The notes beneath the pieces are model-generated. The model was not told where the DNA came from. It did no database searches and worked only from the letters and a program-made list of their open reading frames with translations. A DNA stretch of 64,000 nt from Raillietiella orientalis (taxonomy: Eukaryota). The DNA lies in assembly GCA_036172245.1 (NCBI GenBank), contig JAYWIR010000012.1:806001-870000 (forward strand). The letters run 5' to 3'. This document shows positions 1 through 12,580 of this stretch, in pieces (position 1 is the stretch's first letter; every line of letters starts with the position of its first letter). The position numbers were made by a program, and so were the translations under genes.

Positions 1-1692
1 CGGAGCAACAGCGTGGTCGTTTCAGTTGGTGCGGGGTGGGAGGGGCAGTCCGACTGGATCCGTCTGGGGATCCGGACCGCTACGTCTTTGCAGTACTTGG
101 GCGTCCCGCTGGGGGACATCAGCCCAGTGGAGCGTGATCGGACTGCCTTCGGAAGTTCACGAATGCTTTAAACCCGTTCCACCAAGGCAGGTTCCTGCAG
201 CCAAAGCGGGCCACAGCGCGGAACACCTTCGTTGGCCCCCCTTACGCTCCCTGCTTTTTGTTTGCGCGCCCTCCTACGCCGCCAAGCTCCAGACGCAAAG
301 CCTGTTCAGAAACGTTCTGTGGAGACCCACGAGGTCGACGATCCTCCTCAAAGACTTGGCGGCTCCGCGTCAGGATGCCGGCTTGGGCATCCTGACGCTC
401 TAGAGAATCGAGCTGCAGGCGCAGTTACGAATGTTGGCCCTGTGCGCCAAACTCTGGTCCACTCCGTGTTGTGCAGCCGCGCGCCTGCTATTGCGGCGCT
501 GCACCGGAAGCGAAGGACTTCTGTTGCTCCGGCCAAATACGGAGCGCTCCACGAGAAACTTCGGTTTCCGCTGGAAACCGCTTTGCCTGCTCCTGGTAGC
601 CCACGCATGGAACCCCTGCCTTCCAACGAACTTTAGCGCCTCTCAGCAGAATTCGTTGCAGATCTGGGCAAAGCAACAGGATGTTACGCTCTTGGAACTC
701 CGTTGAGCCAACCTCTCCCCGTACTGTACGATGGATGAAGTCCCGAACATCCAGGAGGAGTGGACTCGCCTGGCAATCACGCCCCTCCTCGACGCGCTGT
801 CAGCCCTCAGCACAAGTGATCACGGCTGTTTACCAGCGAGGTGGGAGGTCGCATGCAGCATTGCAGGAGCAACCCGACCCTTGGGCGGCTGGAGGTCTTG
901 CGAGCTGGCAGACGCCGCCACGCCTCCCAACATCCCGAAGGGTTTCCTTCGGTGGAGTGAACTTTTGAGTGTGCCCCCGAAGAACTTGTGGCCCCTCCCT
1001 CCTGCTTGAACACTTCTGTGTTCCCTTTGAGCTGGAAACAGTACGTCATTATGCTGGTGCATTGTGCTTTTCACTCCAACCAGCAGACGAACCGTGTTTC
1101 CGGGAGAATTGTCTCCCTGAACTGTAAACGGTCTGGGGAAGTGGAAACGCTCCCGCAACTGCTGTTGGACTGAGTTGTTCTGCAAGGACTGTGGTGGAGG
1201 CTAACCTCATCTCTGCAGCACCAGAGGGACACCGCAAGAGACTTGGTGGCCGCTTCTTCACGCTAGGCGGACTGTCGTTAGGTGCTGTCATCGCCACGGT
1301 CTGTTGCACTCGAGCCATCGACAACGTCCACCGACCGCTGAAGAAGCAGGCGATTCGTCGACAGACCTCCGGAATAGCCTGCGAGAACATGACGTAGGCT
1401 TCCGAGTGTGTCCATCTTCCAGAAGACGTTAGGAGCGAGATCACCGGCTTCCATAGCCGGTTGTGAAGGAAAGTAAAGGTCAAACCAGAGACCCGTGTCC
1501 CCTCCTCTCGCCATATTTTGATTTCTATTTTTTATATGTGTATTTGTGGTCCCCTCCCTCCCGTTCCGGACTATCGGTTTATCGAACTGCATGTTGGGGA
1601 TCCGCCCCCTTCGTGTTTTCTGTATCTTTTGTCCGGGAACTCTGTTGCTGGATAGTTTAGCAATAAACACCCCGTCTCATCCGGGTGAGAAA
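1..1692 (+). mobile_element. Tx1/L1-like non-LTR retrotransposon, 3' half of ORF2 plus 3' UTR (degenerate; continues beyond window start)
   Basis: YLGVPLG, LKDLAAPRQDAGLGILTL and RWSELL motifs, with a decayed C-terminal knuckle (CKRSGEVETLPQLLLD). In-frame stops at 401 and 704. Ends AATAAA(1662)-hairpin-GAGAAA. Confidence 0.9.
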
Positions 1693-3085
1693 CAGCCGAC
1701 CCCCCGCGATCGTCTCGATCTCCTGGACGTCTGCCACGGTGATCACGTGGATCTCCTGCAGCTGGGCCAGGTCGAACTCTTGCAGGGTGTCGGCTGTATC
1801 CCGTCTGTTGCCGTCGTTGCAGCCCACTGACATTCCAACAGGCCACGCGGATCCGACGTCGACAAGTGAGCCCAGGTGTTATTCCTGGGAAATCGACGGT
1901 GTGGCGTCCGCCACCTGTCAAGGCGGGAGGCTAGATGGGAGGGATTCGAGAACCTGATTCCTCTCCTCCATGGGTGCTGACGCGTTTGGCTCCTCGCCCG
2001 AAGTTGGTGTCGCGCCTACCTGGTTGCCCTCCTCCATGGCGGCGGGCTCTTGAGGATCGACGCATGCCAGGGGGACTTCGCTCCCCTACCCACCCTTCTC
2101 CATGAGGGTCGCCTGCTCGCTGGCTTCCGAGCGTGGGAGATCTCCCTCTGGGGTTCTTACGCTGGCATCGGCTTCCGTTACTTCCGCCTTCTCCTCCTCG
2201 CTCGTGGAAGGAAAGCGCCTCCTGGGCTTTTTTGACTTGCGTCCCGCCTTCCGGTGGGTGCCTCCGTAGAGGAAGATGAACTTTGGGCCCCCAGGTCTGA
2301 CTTGCCTGCAGGGGCATTCTCTACTGGAGTCGGCCTTCTCACGGCCTTGCGCGAGGAGTTCTCACGCTCGGCCAGAGTGACCGCGAGCTCCTCCACCGCC
2401 TTCGCGAACGCGGGGTCCTCGCTGTCGGCGAGCGCGTCGCGTGGCTCACCCTCTGTGCAGAGGGTTCGCCTTTGCGAGCTTCCGGCGCCGTGGGGATAGC
2501 AGGCAGGGGGGTTTCAATTTGGGTGGCGGTTTCGTGCACGTATACGCGCTCGAGTGTAACCGAGCACTGAGGGAGGGTTTCGGGACACGGCTTCTTTTTT
2601 TTACTTGCGCTTTATTCTGCTCTTTTTTCTCGGGCTTTTCTTTCCTGGCCTTGACCAGCTGCAAGCCCTTTTCAGCTGCCGCGTCTTCGGAGATTTTTTC
2701 CTCCGACGTCTGTGTTGGAGGTTGAGGCGCTGGCGTTTGCTGCCGGCCATTTTCCTTCCGTGGTCTTTTGCGGGTTTGTACGTTTCGCGTGCGACTTTTT
2801 GGCGGTAGGGGACAACGGGGTGGGGCGTTTAGGGCATACGCGCCGAACGTGGCCCTTCTTACCACACATATGACACTCAATGTTCTGTTACGTTTTGCGG
2901 AGGTGCTCTACTCCATTGCAGTACCTGCGGTACCTGAGCTTTCCCACGTTCCAGAGGTCAGCCGACTCGTTCGCGACCTCTAGCTTGTGAAAAAGCCCAT
3001 CTTCTTTCACGATGACACGCGCCACGGCCATGTCCCCGAAAAGCCTCTCAGCCTTCGAATATCGTTGGCTTAAGATGACAATCAC
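1690..3085 (-). mobile_element. Tx1-like element fragment: ORF1 C-terminal part plus start of the APE endonuclease
   Basis: Knuckle CHMCGKKGHVRRVC near 2840-2875. EN start RIRVACWNVSG and LQEIHVIT. Cut at GGRLF by the 3' end of the element at 1-1692. Confidence 0.88.
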
Positions 3086-4051
3086 CTGCGATCAAGTGCT
3101 CTTTGAGTAAGCCCCCCTTTTTTTGGTTTGCTAAGATACCTTAGAGCCAGTTGCGTGCCTCGCGGCGCATGTGGCTCTTTTTAAACATTAAACACTGTTT
3201 TGTTTCTACGCCTCTCTGCCCGCGGCAAACCGCAGGGGGGCGTGTAATTCTTGAGACACTTGAGAGGCACCCCGGGATGAGGGTCCGCCCTATGAATCCA
3301 GGAAAGGCTCGGAGTCCGTTCCTCTCACGCTTGGGGAGGGATTCCCCCGGACGAAGGGGATCGCACCTCCCACCCTGGTTGTCTCCGAAGGGGAACCCCG
3401 AAGGGAACCTCCTTCCTCATTCTCTCCGGAGGGACGTTTCCTGGGAGGGGGGTGGTCCTCTCCATTTCAACTTCTCCGAAGGGAACCCGGAAAGGATCCG
3501 CTTGTAGGGATTTCTTCTCCGGAGGGAACCCGCAAGGGAACCGCTCCTGTTCACTCCTCTGAAGAGAACCCCGAAGGGACGCTTCCGAAACTCAGAAGGG
3601 GCACTGCAGCTTCCCGCAGAGTAATCGCTCTCGCTTGCTTCCTTGTGCACACTCTGTGAGGAGGCGACGACTCGGAGGGACCCCCACAACATGGGGGGTC
3701 CGCTCCTTTGAACAACTGGAGTAGATGCCCGTGAGGGCTCCTGCTTCATCTTGAAACCGGAGGGGTCCCCCGGTGGGGGGTCCTCTCTGCGTTGCACGAC
3801 CGGAGGGGGAACTCCCCACTCCTTTATTCCTGGGAAGACCCGAAGGTCAATTTCCCATTGTTCCGGCCTTCATCGGGAGGCCGCCGGCTTTATCCACCGC
3901 CGGGGCCACGCCCGAATGTCTCGGCCAACCAGCGCCATTGCAGGAGAAACTCGGCACCCGACGCCGCAGTGGCGTCAGAGTTTCTGCCGGAGTATTCGAA
4001 CCCGCGACGCATGGTGCCACACGCGGAAGCCTTAACCACAAGGCCTTCGAC
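3086..4051. other. Unclassified ~965-bp segment between two Tx1-like fragments (possible SINE or LTR-element remnant)
   Basis: No similarity to the flanking LINE ORFs. Contains repeated CTCCGRAGGGAACCC units (3383-3600) and a tRNA-like head at its right end. Confidence 0.4.
3984..4051 (-). ncRNA. tRNA-derived sequence (SINE head or tRNA pseudogene)
   Basis: Minus strand reads GCCT-TGTGGTTA-AGGC (D-arm/A-box like) and GGGTTCGAATAC (B-box like) at tRNA spacing. The anticodon and acceptor stems do not pair. Confidence 0.45.
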
Positions 4052-5366
4052 GCGGGTCCCCTTTAGTGAGATATTTGTCCTCAGGGAAAGGAAGAACTCT
4101 CTCCTTGCGTTCGTCCTCAACGCGTCGCTGCCGCTAGGGGCGTACAGGTTGGTAATGACCAGAATTATGGAGTTGGACCACCTGAAGGTCAGCTGGCCGA
4201 AGCGACCGGCACCATCGAACCGTACGCCCTTTACCGCAGCCTCGACAGCGGGCAGAAGCAGGAACGCGACACCTCAAGATTTGACTGTGCAGCAACGCCA
4301 CAGCAGCCGTCCACCCGAGATACGCTCGATCTCCCTTGCTTGGTCTGCGGAGATCACGTGGATCTCCTGCAGAAGCACCAGATCGAACGATGCCAGGGTG
4401 GCGGCCACGTCTCGTCTCTTGCCGTCGTCGCTTAGCCCGTTGATGTTCCAACAGGCAATTCGCATACGGTGGCAAGTGGCGATTCCGGCATTAAGGCTGG
4501 GAACGTGGCGTTGCAGCACCTGTCAAGGGACAGGTGGGAGGGATGAGCAAGGGGACTGCGGCCATCTCAGGCACTTGAAGCACCTGGGGCACAGACTCTA
4601 CCCTTTCCCTCCCTCCGGGGTCGCAGCGTGGGGTTACCTCTGGGGACGAGTCTTGGGAGTTCCCCACGCCGTTCGCACCCTCGCTTCCCCGGATCATCTA
4701 TCCCTTTTCGACGGAGGAGATAATTTTCCGGGTAGCCTTGGTCATGCGACGAGGCTTCGGGTGGGAGGCCGCGATTCCGAAGGCTGCTTTCCGCCTCGGT
4801 GTCCGAGTCGGAAATCTCCGAATTCCTGATAGAGTTCGGACGCCTTAAGGCTTTTTCGAGGCCTTGGGGGGTCGTTGCAGCGATGCAGCGAGCTCCTGGG
4901 CCACTCGCTGAAAAGCGACGTCATCGAGTATGCGCTGGACGACGGACGCCACAGCCGGGTCGATAGCCTTCGTGTTGACATTCCCGTAGGGTTGAGAGTC
5001 GGCAGCGACGAGTTCAAATTTGCCGCACTGTTCGACCGCAGGAATGTGTTCGATAACGACATAGCAGTGTTTGATCTTTTCGCGACGTTGCAAATTTACG
5101 ATGCGTTTCGCGACATTTTTTTGTTTTTCCGTGAGGTTTTTCAGCCTCTTGGACTGGAACATCTGCCTTCCAGAATCCTAATCTTTCCCCTGGACCTTAT
5201 CAACGTTACCGATATGAACCGTCTCAGAACTGACCTTCACCTCGGGCGTGGTAGTCGCAACCTTAGCAGCGGCTCGTGCTCCTAATTTTTTTAATTTTTT
5301 TACCGCGCGCTTCTTCGCATTCCGTTTGGGCGCGACGCGGACTAGATTTTGCGAGCACAACGGACG
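4052..5366 (-). mobile_element. Tx1-like element fragment: ORF1 C-terminus plus N-terminal APE endonuclease
   Basis: MRIACWNINGL...FDLVLLQEIH...TNLYAPSG are APE motifs. The ORF1 part aligns by eye with 44700-44940. Confidence 0.88.
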
Positions 5367-6562
5367 TTTTCACCCGGTCACGCAGGGGCGTTTATTAAAA
5401 AACACAGTACATCTGCGGTACTACGCCCCGCTACGGGCAATAGTTCATGGACCTGCCAGGAAGCTGGTTCGCAGACCGGCTTCACTCTCCTCGGCAGCAA
5501 GGGGGGGGGGGGTAAAACAAGAAGAAAAATAAATGAAATAACAAAAAGAAATTATTTGGGGGACCGGGAGGGGATCACAACCCGCTAGAGGAAGAGACCA
5601 TCCTTTCCAGGATGCCCTCGAGGTCCCTCGTCATAGTTCCCAGATGGGACCAGCCGATCGCGATTCGCAGGTAGCGACCCGCGTGTACGATGGGGTCCCT
5701 GTCGCTGCTTCCTCTGTTGGCTGCGCTCCAAGCGGCCACAATCTTTCGGAGGCAGCAAAGCGCTGCCAGGGTTGAGGCTGGTGGCAGGGCGTCTCGCACG
5801 AAGAGAAGTCTCACAACGTCTCTGCGGGTACTGCCGGCCGGTATCCGGAGGGTAGTAGCAAAACATTCCCACAAGGGCCGGAGGGCAGCGCAGTCCACTA
5901 ACAGGTGGGGGAGGGATTCTTCTCCCCGCACACTGCACAGTTCTGTCCCACGTTTCCCCAACGTCCAGTGGTGGCGGCGCGCGTTGCAGGGAAGACCTCA
6001 GTGCAACAACAGCAGCGCCGTTTCCTGCCACTTGAGGGGGAGGGTGGATGCGTCTCTAAATAACGGTGGCCACTTTAAGTCATCCAGCGGGATGCCAAGC
6101 AGCTCGCCCCATCTCCGTTTACCGCGCGGGAGAACGCTTGAGGTCGTCGCGTCAGCCAGTTCCCTCACGGTCTAGCCGCTCATCAGCTTCTCCCTGCCTG
6201 CTATCCGGCAGATGACTTGCCACCTTGGCTTTCGTCTGTTTCGAAACTCCCTTCTTAGGAAGGACAGCGCCGTGGTCAGTGGGGTCGTCTCCGCCCAAGT
6301 GCTTCTGGAGGGACACACGATCATGTTCCGCAGCGTGCAGCGGGTGTAGATGCCGGTGCGCAGGCGATTGCAGGATTCTCCACTGATGTGTTTCAACTTT
6401 GCCCACGTCGTAACTGTTGCTTCCAGCCATGCGCTGGAGTTGGCGGGGCTGCAGGCCATCCACCCGTTCTGCTTTGCCAGGGTGGCCATGCGTCCCAGGA
6501 GAAGTCCGCATCTTCTTATTTTCCGGACGGGGCACAGAAGAAAAGACGCAAGTCCTTCAGTC
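5367..6562 (-). mobile_element. 5'-truncated Tx1-like element (ORF2 C-terminus plus 3' UTR)
   Basis: LPLKWQE..LH.GLPCNARRHHW..CAVCG..HLLVDC knuckle region. Close inverted paralogue of 48055-49253. Has the 3' hairpin motifs. Confidence 0.92.
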
Positions 6563-6857
6563 GGACGAGTGTGCGCGGTTTGCTTGCAGTGCAGGGCCCT
6601 CACGTGCAGTTTGCACTGCACGTGGGGCACCTTTTTTTCAGGTGACCCGAAATGCTGCAATGTCCGCAGTAAAGTGGGTTCCCAACATATCAGAGATCAA
6701 CGGACTCGCCGTCGACCTTTAGCTTGTTGGATAAGAAACGGTCCTCGCGGACCGTTATCCGGGCGGCAGTCAGGCTGCATGGGAGCCGGTCGTATTTCGA
6801 AAATGGAGTCGGCTTTTTCCACAACGCGTGGACGGTAACGAATTTTAACAATTATCT

Positions 6858-7432
6858 TCAGACAGCCTCTTTAGCGATTTGAAAGGTTATACCGAGGAGG
6901 TGGATCACAATGAATCTGTCCTCCGTAATGGGGAGGAGCCAGCGATTCTCCATAGGAACAGGTGTTTGGAGCAGGCGCTGGGCAAGACTTGCTTCCTTGC
7001 AAATCACCTCCAGGTACTGCCCACTGCTCCTGATGGTCATCGCGAGCAGCTCTTCCTCCGGAACTTTCAAAGAGTGCATCGCTTTCGAGAAAGCTCACGC
7101 ACACTCCGGGGAATAAAGATTGCCTACCTTGTAAAGCAGAGGGGGATTGTACCCCTCATCCAGGTAGGCTTTTAGCTGAGCCGCAGCTGCCGGCGATGGC
7201 GTCGCAGCCACGGAGCTCCAGCTTCTCGCTAACGCTGGAGACCTTCTTTGGGGGTGGTTGCCCCCCCATCCACTAATTCTGGTGGTGACTTAGGCGTCGC
7301 CCTATCTGTATCACTGGTGATGGTTTCAGGTATTGCTGCCTAGCAACCATCAAATCCGTTGGCACACCAGAAAAGGAAAAAAAAACGCAACCGGCAGCAG
7401 AGAGAAGTAAACACCCATCCGCTCGCGCTCGC
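6858..7432 (-). mobile_element. Tx1-like element 5' UTR plus ORF1 N-terminus
   Basis: LAMTIRSSGQYLEVICKEASLAQRLLQTP is homologous to ORF1 at 49700-49860 and 44243-44400. The 5' UTR matches 59640-59897. Confidence 0.85.
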
Positions 7433-7955
7433 GGACTGGGACGATCTCAACAGATCTGTCCGCGATTTATGCTGCCAATTCTTCTTGCACCGCCTTCCGT
7501 GCGGCTTTGGAGAATGCGTAGCCAACAGCAAAGCTTTCCTGCTGACTACCACGTTTTCCAGAAGCACGAACGTTGGGCATCTCGCGGATCACAAGGCGAG
7601 GACCGAGGGCCAGGTCTGGCAATCCGGAGCAGTTTTCCTGTTGGACCACAAGGGCGAGAAATGCTCGGCCCCAGCCGAAGTACGCCGCATTGTGTGACGT
7701 TACTACTCCTCGTTGCACGCAAAAGCCCAGACGGAGAACATTCTTTCGGAGATACTGCTGTTGTGGGATGCTCCTGTTGTCGGCGAGGAGGAATGCGAAC
7801 GTGTTAACGAGCCCTGCACGGCGGATGACTTTACACCCGCCATCACTGGGCTGAAGAGATGAAAGGCTCCAGGCGAGGATGGGCTCCCCGCGGAATTTTA
7901 TCAGTGCTTTGCGTTGGAGCACATACCTTTGATGCTGAGACTCTCCACAGTGATG
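7429..7955 (+). mobile_element. Tx1-like ORF2 internal fragment (EN-RT linker, internally deleted)
   Basis: LADWDDLNRSVRDLC..FFLHRLPCGFGEC and K(A)PGEDGLPAEFYQ. Homologous to 10430-10935 on the opposite strand. Confidence 0.8.
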
Positions 7956-7958
7956 AGG

Positions 7959-10900
7959 TTTGAACCCGGTCACGCCGGGACGTTTATTCATTAAAACAAA
8001 CCACAAACCTGAAGGGATGTGTATCCTTTCTATACAAAACAAACGCCCATGCAGAAAGCTCAACCCGGAGAAACCACCGGCTAGCAAGACGGCTTCAAAA
8101 AAGGAGGGAACGGAGGGAAGGGACACAAAATAAACAAAAAAACAGGGGAAGTTGGGGACAGGGATCTTTGGTATGAACGTTCCTCAACTTTTTAGAAGCG
8201 AGGCTTTACGATGGCTACTTCCCTGGAGACTTTTCTGGGAAAATGAGTCTACTTAGCAGCTTCCTTCATAAGGTTGGCAGCTATCCTGGTGGCGTCCTTT
8301 CGCTGCGAGCTTCTTTGGTGCTTATGACGGGCCGTCACGATGGCGCGGATGCAACAGAAAGTTGCGATCACAGCGCCCTTCTTCAGTCCGTCTTTGCTAA
8401 AGAAGCGTCGCAGCAGGTTAAAGGCAGTGTCTTGGGGACGACGAAGTGCCGAAGCAAGCCTCCGCCATAACTGCCGCAAGTCACTGAAGACCACAAACAG
8501 GTGCGGAAGCGATTCTATCGCCCCGCACCTGAGACAGTTCGAGGAGGCAACTTCCCCGGAAACCAGGTGTCTTCGCTGATTTCACTGGAAACCCTAGTGC
8601 AGGAATAGCAGAACATTCTGTTTTTAACGAAGCGAGAACATGGTGTCCACACACAGAGAAGGGACCACGAGTTCTTCGGGGAGTACACCAAGAAGCTCAC
8701 TCCACTGAAGGAGTCCCTTTGCCCTGTAACGAGTGGCAGCCTCCACCAGCTCGCTCGTTTAGCAGCCGCTCAGCAGTCTTTCGACTCCTGCAATGCTGCA
8801 GGAGATTTGCCACTCTGACGATTGGCTACTGTAGTTACTCACCCTGAGGGCAGACAGCTCTGCGGCGAGGAGTGAGCCGGCTACCCGGGACCAAAGTGAC
8901 CAGTCCTGCAGGATAACTCCTAGCTGTTTGCGTAGGAGATCCTTTAGAGGTAGCAGTTGCTCTGGACACACATCCAAAGTGAAATTCCAGTGCTCCAGAG
9001 CTTCCTGCTGCCAAGCATTTTAGTTGGAGGGGCGGCAGGAAATCCAGGAATGAGCTAACAACAACGAGGACAGATACCTCAGAGGGTAGCCAAATCCAGT
9101 TCTCCGGCGAAGGTTGCACGGCAGCAACGAAAGCAGTCCTGCACTGCTGACACATCGCTGGAGGATATGGCGAGCAGGAGCACACCAGAGAGAAGACCAG
9201 AATTTCACACATATGTAGAGAAGCCGGAACTGCACTTGCAATCCAATCTTCTGGATGGTCAGGATGTCCAAGTCTGCGTCCTGGCGTGGCGCCACCGTCT
9301 TTGAGATGAACCCGGGAGCGTGCAGCGCCCCACAAGACTTCACGTAGGAAATACTGCGCCCGGAATTTCATCAAATAGGGAGGCGGGCAAACAAAAACAA
9401 GGGGCGGAGTAGGGGGCAAGAAAAGTGTTCCATATGTTCGCCCGTTCCAGCAAGACGAACTCTCCAGCGGAGAACGGACCAAGAGCACGCTCTGCCTTCA
9501 GAAGGCAGTCTGACCACGCTTCTGCAGCGCAGAAGTCGGCCAACGCAACTCCAAGGTACTCGAAGTACCTGCCCGTGGGGATCCCCAGACGGATTCAGTC
9601 GGCCATTCCCTTCCACGACGCACCCACCGGTACTACGGAGCACTTCGCCCTGTTGATGGTCATGCTTGCTCCCCGATGGATCAGCTCGAAGAATCTTCGA
9701 CCGATTATGCCGGAGTGGACATGGGCAACAGAAGCAGAAGGTCATCAGCGTATGCTGCTACGGACGGCATGCACGGAGAGGCTCTGTGTAGGACAGCCAG
9801 CGTTAGCCTGTACGCTCTCAGCACCAACTCAAAGTAGATGCTGAGAAGCAACGGGCTCAAGCTGTCACCCTGCATGATGTCTCTAAGCACGGCAACGCCG
9901 TGCACGCGAGAGCCTCTGAAATTTAAGTTGATAAGCGCGTGGCTCCAGCAGCAGCACAAGTACAGGAGGAGTTGGTTTGTAAGCCCAAGACGCTCCAGGA
10001 TCTCCAGCAGAAGTTCCTGGTTGACGCAGTTCGAAGCTTTGTGCAAGTAGACTGCGACTGCCAAGGCTCCCGGCCTTTCTCCCGTCTGTCCGCACTGGCG
10101 CTTGCAGTCGGCAGAAGGACTCGCCGCTGCTCGACTGTCCATCGCAACATGCTGTTGAAGCTGCCACCAGGTGCTAGCGAAAGGGAGGTTTGTATCCATG
10201 GACCTACCCGGCACACCGTAAGACTGCTCCGGGCTTACCACGGACTCCACGACTTTCCCTAGGCGCGTAACCCACAGCTTCGAAAGCAACTTGACGTCCG
10301 TGTTTACCAACATGATCGAACGCCAGTTGTTGAGTTGGCGCAGATCTCCTCCTTTCGGAAGGAGACGCATCCTCGCTGAGCGGAAGAAAGAAGGGATATC
10401 GCCCGTCACCCTCATCAGCGTCGAGAGGTTGAGCACCAGGGAAGCGAGTTACGCCGCGAAGCTCTGATAGAACCCCGCGGGCAGCCCGTTCTCACCTGGC
10501 GTCTTCCGTCTCTTGAGTCCTGCGATGGCAGAAGAAACTTCCTCCAACATGAAGCGCTCGTCGAAACGAGCGCATTTCTCCTCGCCGATGCCGTGTGCAC
10601 CCCGCAGCAGAAGTAGTTCCGAGAGGACTCTCTCCATCGGGGACTTGGCGTAGAGCAAGAATTGGTGCCTTAGAGCCCATTGTACGTCGGCAGGAGCCGA
10701 GCATTCCCGGATTTGTTCGCCGAGCAGGCTAGCCGTTCCAGACTGTTAGACCTGGCGCTCGGCACTCGCCTTGTACTCTGCGAGGCCCCGGACTTCCGCG
10801 CGTATAGAGATGGTGCGCGTTTGCAGGAATTCTCTGCTATTAACCACGCCTTCTGCGAAACCGCGCGGTAGCAGTTGCAAAGGAAAACGATCGCAAAACT

Positions 10901-11250
10901 CGCGAACCGATCTGTCAAGATGGTCCCAGTCTGCGAGTTGCCGAATGGCAGAGCCGCGGAGAAACTGCCGAAGATGCTCCGCCGCTTCGGGATGGTTGCG
11001 CCAATACGCCGGCATCCTCCAAACATTGTTCGGAGGACCCTTTCCCGGTGGGAGTAGCTTGAACTCCAGCCTATCATGGTCAGATAACGTGGACGGCAAC
11101 CTGCCTCTCCTCATCACTCGTGAGAACAGGTGCTCATCCAGGTAGACGTGATCCATGCACCTTTCCAGTCCAGGTTCACCGGCTTCCAAGTTGCGCGCGT
11201 ACACTGACGCGCATGCCTCTTCCACCGGCGACTGTTCCGCTGAGGACCTC
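7959..11250 (-). mobile_element. 5'-truncated Tx1-like element: EN C-terminus, RT and 3' end (frameshifted)
   Basis: MDHVYL..LSDHD (APE catalytic end), KTPGENGLP, WRSIMLVNTDVK, QGDSLSPLL, AYADD. Ends AATAAAC-GT-CCCGG-CGTGA-CCGGG. Confidence 0.93.
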
Positions 11251-12506
11251 GTCTAGTTAAAAAGCAGGTTAAAGTTGAAGTCCTCTAAGGTTCCCCGCTC
11301 TGGTTCCGGAGTTCCTTAGCCATTGGCTCTCCAGCACGCCGAAGAACTCAACTCTCTCGGCTTTCTGGATCAGGTGTGTGTAACTGCGAGACACACTTTG
11401 AGAATTGTTCCGATACCAGACCATGGCACACGGATCCCGATCGTTCTCCATGCCTGCACTCATTTCTTGATTGAAAACTCCGTGGGGCGTCATTTTGCGA
11501 AGTTACGTAAAAGGGGGACCAGAGGCCTGCACAGTGGCAGATTTGGCGCGACGTTCCTCGTCACGATGGCACATATTTCAGTGGTGTTATTCTAAATCAG
11601 CGATACGTTTCGCTGGAAGTCTCGTTCGTTTTCATTCATTCTTTCGTTTGAAACACAGGATACTCCAAAGATCTGAATGTTGCGGATGCTGTTTCCCCCA
11701 CGTTCCACGTAGAAGAGACCTACACGAGCGTATGCAGCTCTCTCGGAAGGACGCAAATCCAACAGCGGACGGCGAAAATTCTGTAAATACAAATAAAGTC
11801 GGTTTCGTTCTTATCTTGCAATTCTTTTTTATTGCCTGTGCTGCAGAGGTCCCATTCCTTTTCCCGAATCATTCATTCTCCAAGGGAAATGCTACCAAAT
11901 GAGTTTCCAAGGGCAAAAGAGATTGCCAATGGTTTCCCAGATTCTGTGGAAACTGATAGTTATCCACGTGGAATGTTCGCCACAGGAAACAATGAAAGAG
12001 TATCTGTCTTGTGCTTTTCAACTGCTCCAAAACTTCACAGTCTCACTGGATTTTACTATGAGTGCCGTGAATGGTTGGTGCAGCTATCACTGGAAAGCTG
12101 TGTTTTGCTGCTATTGCACTATTTCACAGAGTGAATTCAGTGCTGCTGTGAGAATGGTTCCTGCTAACGTTCCTGTTTTTATTATATGCTTTTATTCTTT
12201 GGAGCTTTGGACATTTCTCCGAAGTTCTGTTACAGTTGGCGGAACCCATAGTCTGTCCATTGCTCTACAATTACTGCCAGCAATTCGTGGTGTACTTTCG
12301 TGTCTGTCAACCGTACAAAATGTAAGCCATTTTTGGTTGCAAAACTTTGGGGTTCGAGGGAATGGGAAGCAGACAAGAGTAAGAGTAGAGCAAGCAAAAC
12401 AGCTTGCTTATGTATTTGCTTTTGTTTTTTTTTTTCCGAGTCAAAAATTTAAATAATTATCAACATCAAATTGATCTTTACTTAAATTAGTAGATTACCC
12501 CCTTGC

Positions 12507-12580
12507 CTAGATACACCTTCCGGTACATCCACTGTGTTACGACTTATCTAACCTTACATCAGAGCGACGGGAGATTTGTA
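12507..12580 (-). pseudogene. rrnS: NUMT: 3' end of mitochondrial small-subunit (12S) rRNA; the AT-rich flanks (~12455-12790) may also be mitochondrial
   Basis: Minus strand reads TACAAATCTCCCGTCGCTCT-short h44-AGATAAGTCGTAACACAGTGGATGTACCGGAAGGTGTATCTAGG. This includes the universal AAGTCGTAAC motif and helix 45 with a GGAA loop. Confidence 0.88.

Noticed and set aside
3383..3600. Repeat-spacer-like pattern suggesting a CRISPR array
   Set aside because: Units are degenerate and irregularly spaced (34-50 nt), there are no cas genes, and the context is eukaryotic.
3792..4829. 345-aa plus-strand ORF and similar long ORFs (49617-50633, 52575-53324, 62150-63160, 30625-31560)
   Set aside because: These are antisense shadows of GC-rich retrotransposon frames, or chance ORFs in GC-rich DNA, with no recognisable domain.
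11250..12400. Possible spliced gene or pseudogene (GT..AG-like tracts near 11620-11660, 11783-11847, 12322)
   Set aside because: I could not assemble an open spliced frame or recognise a protein family.
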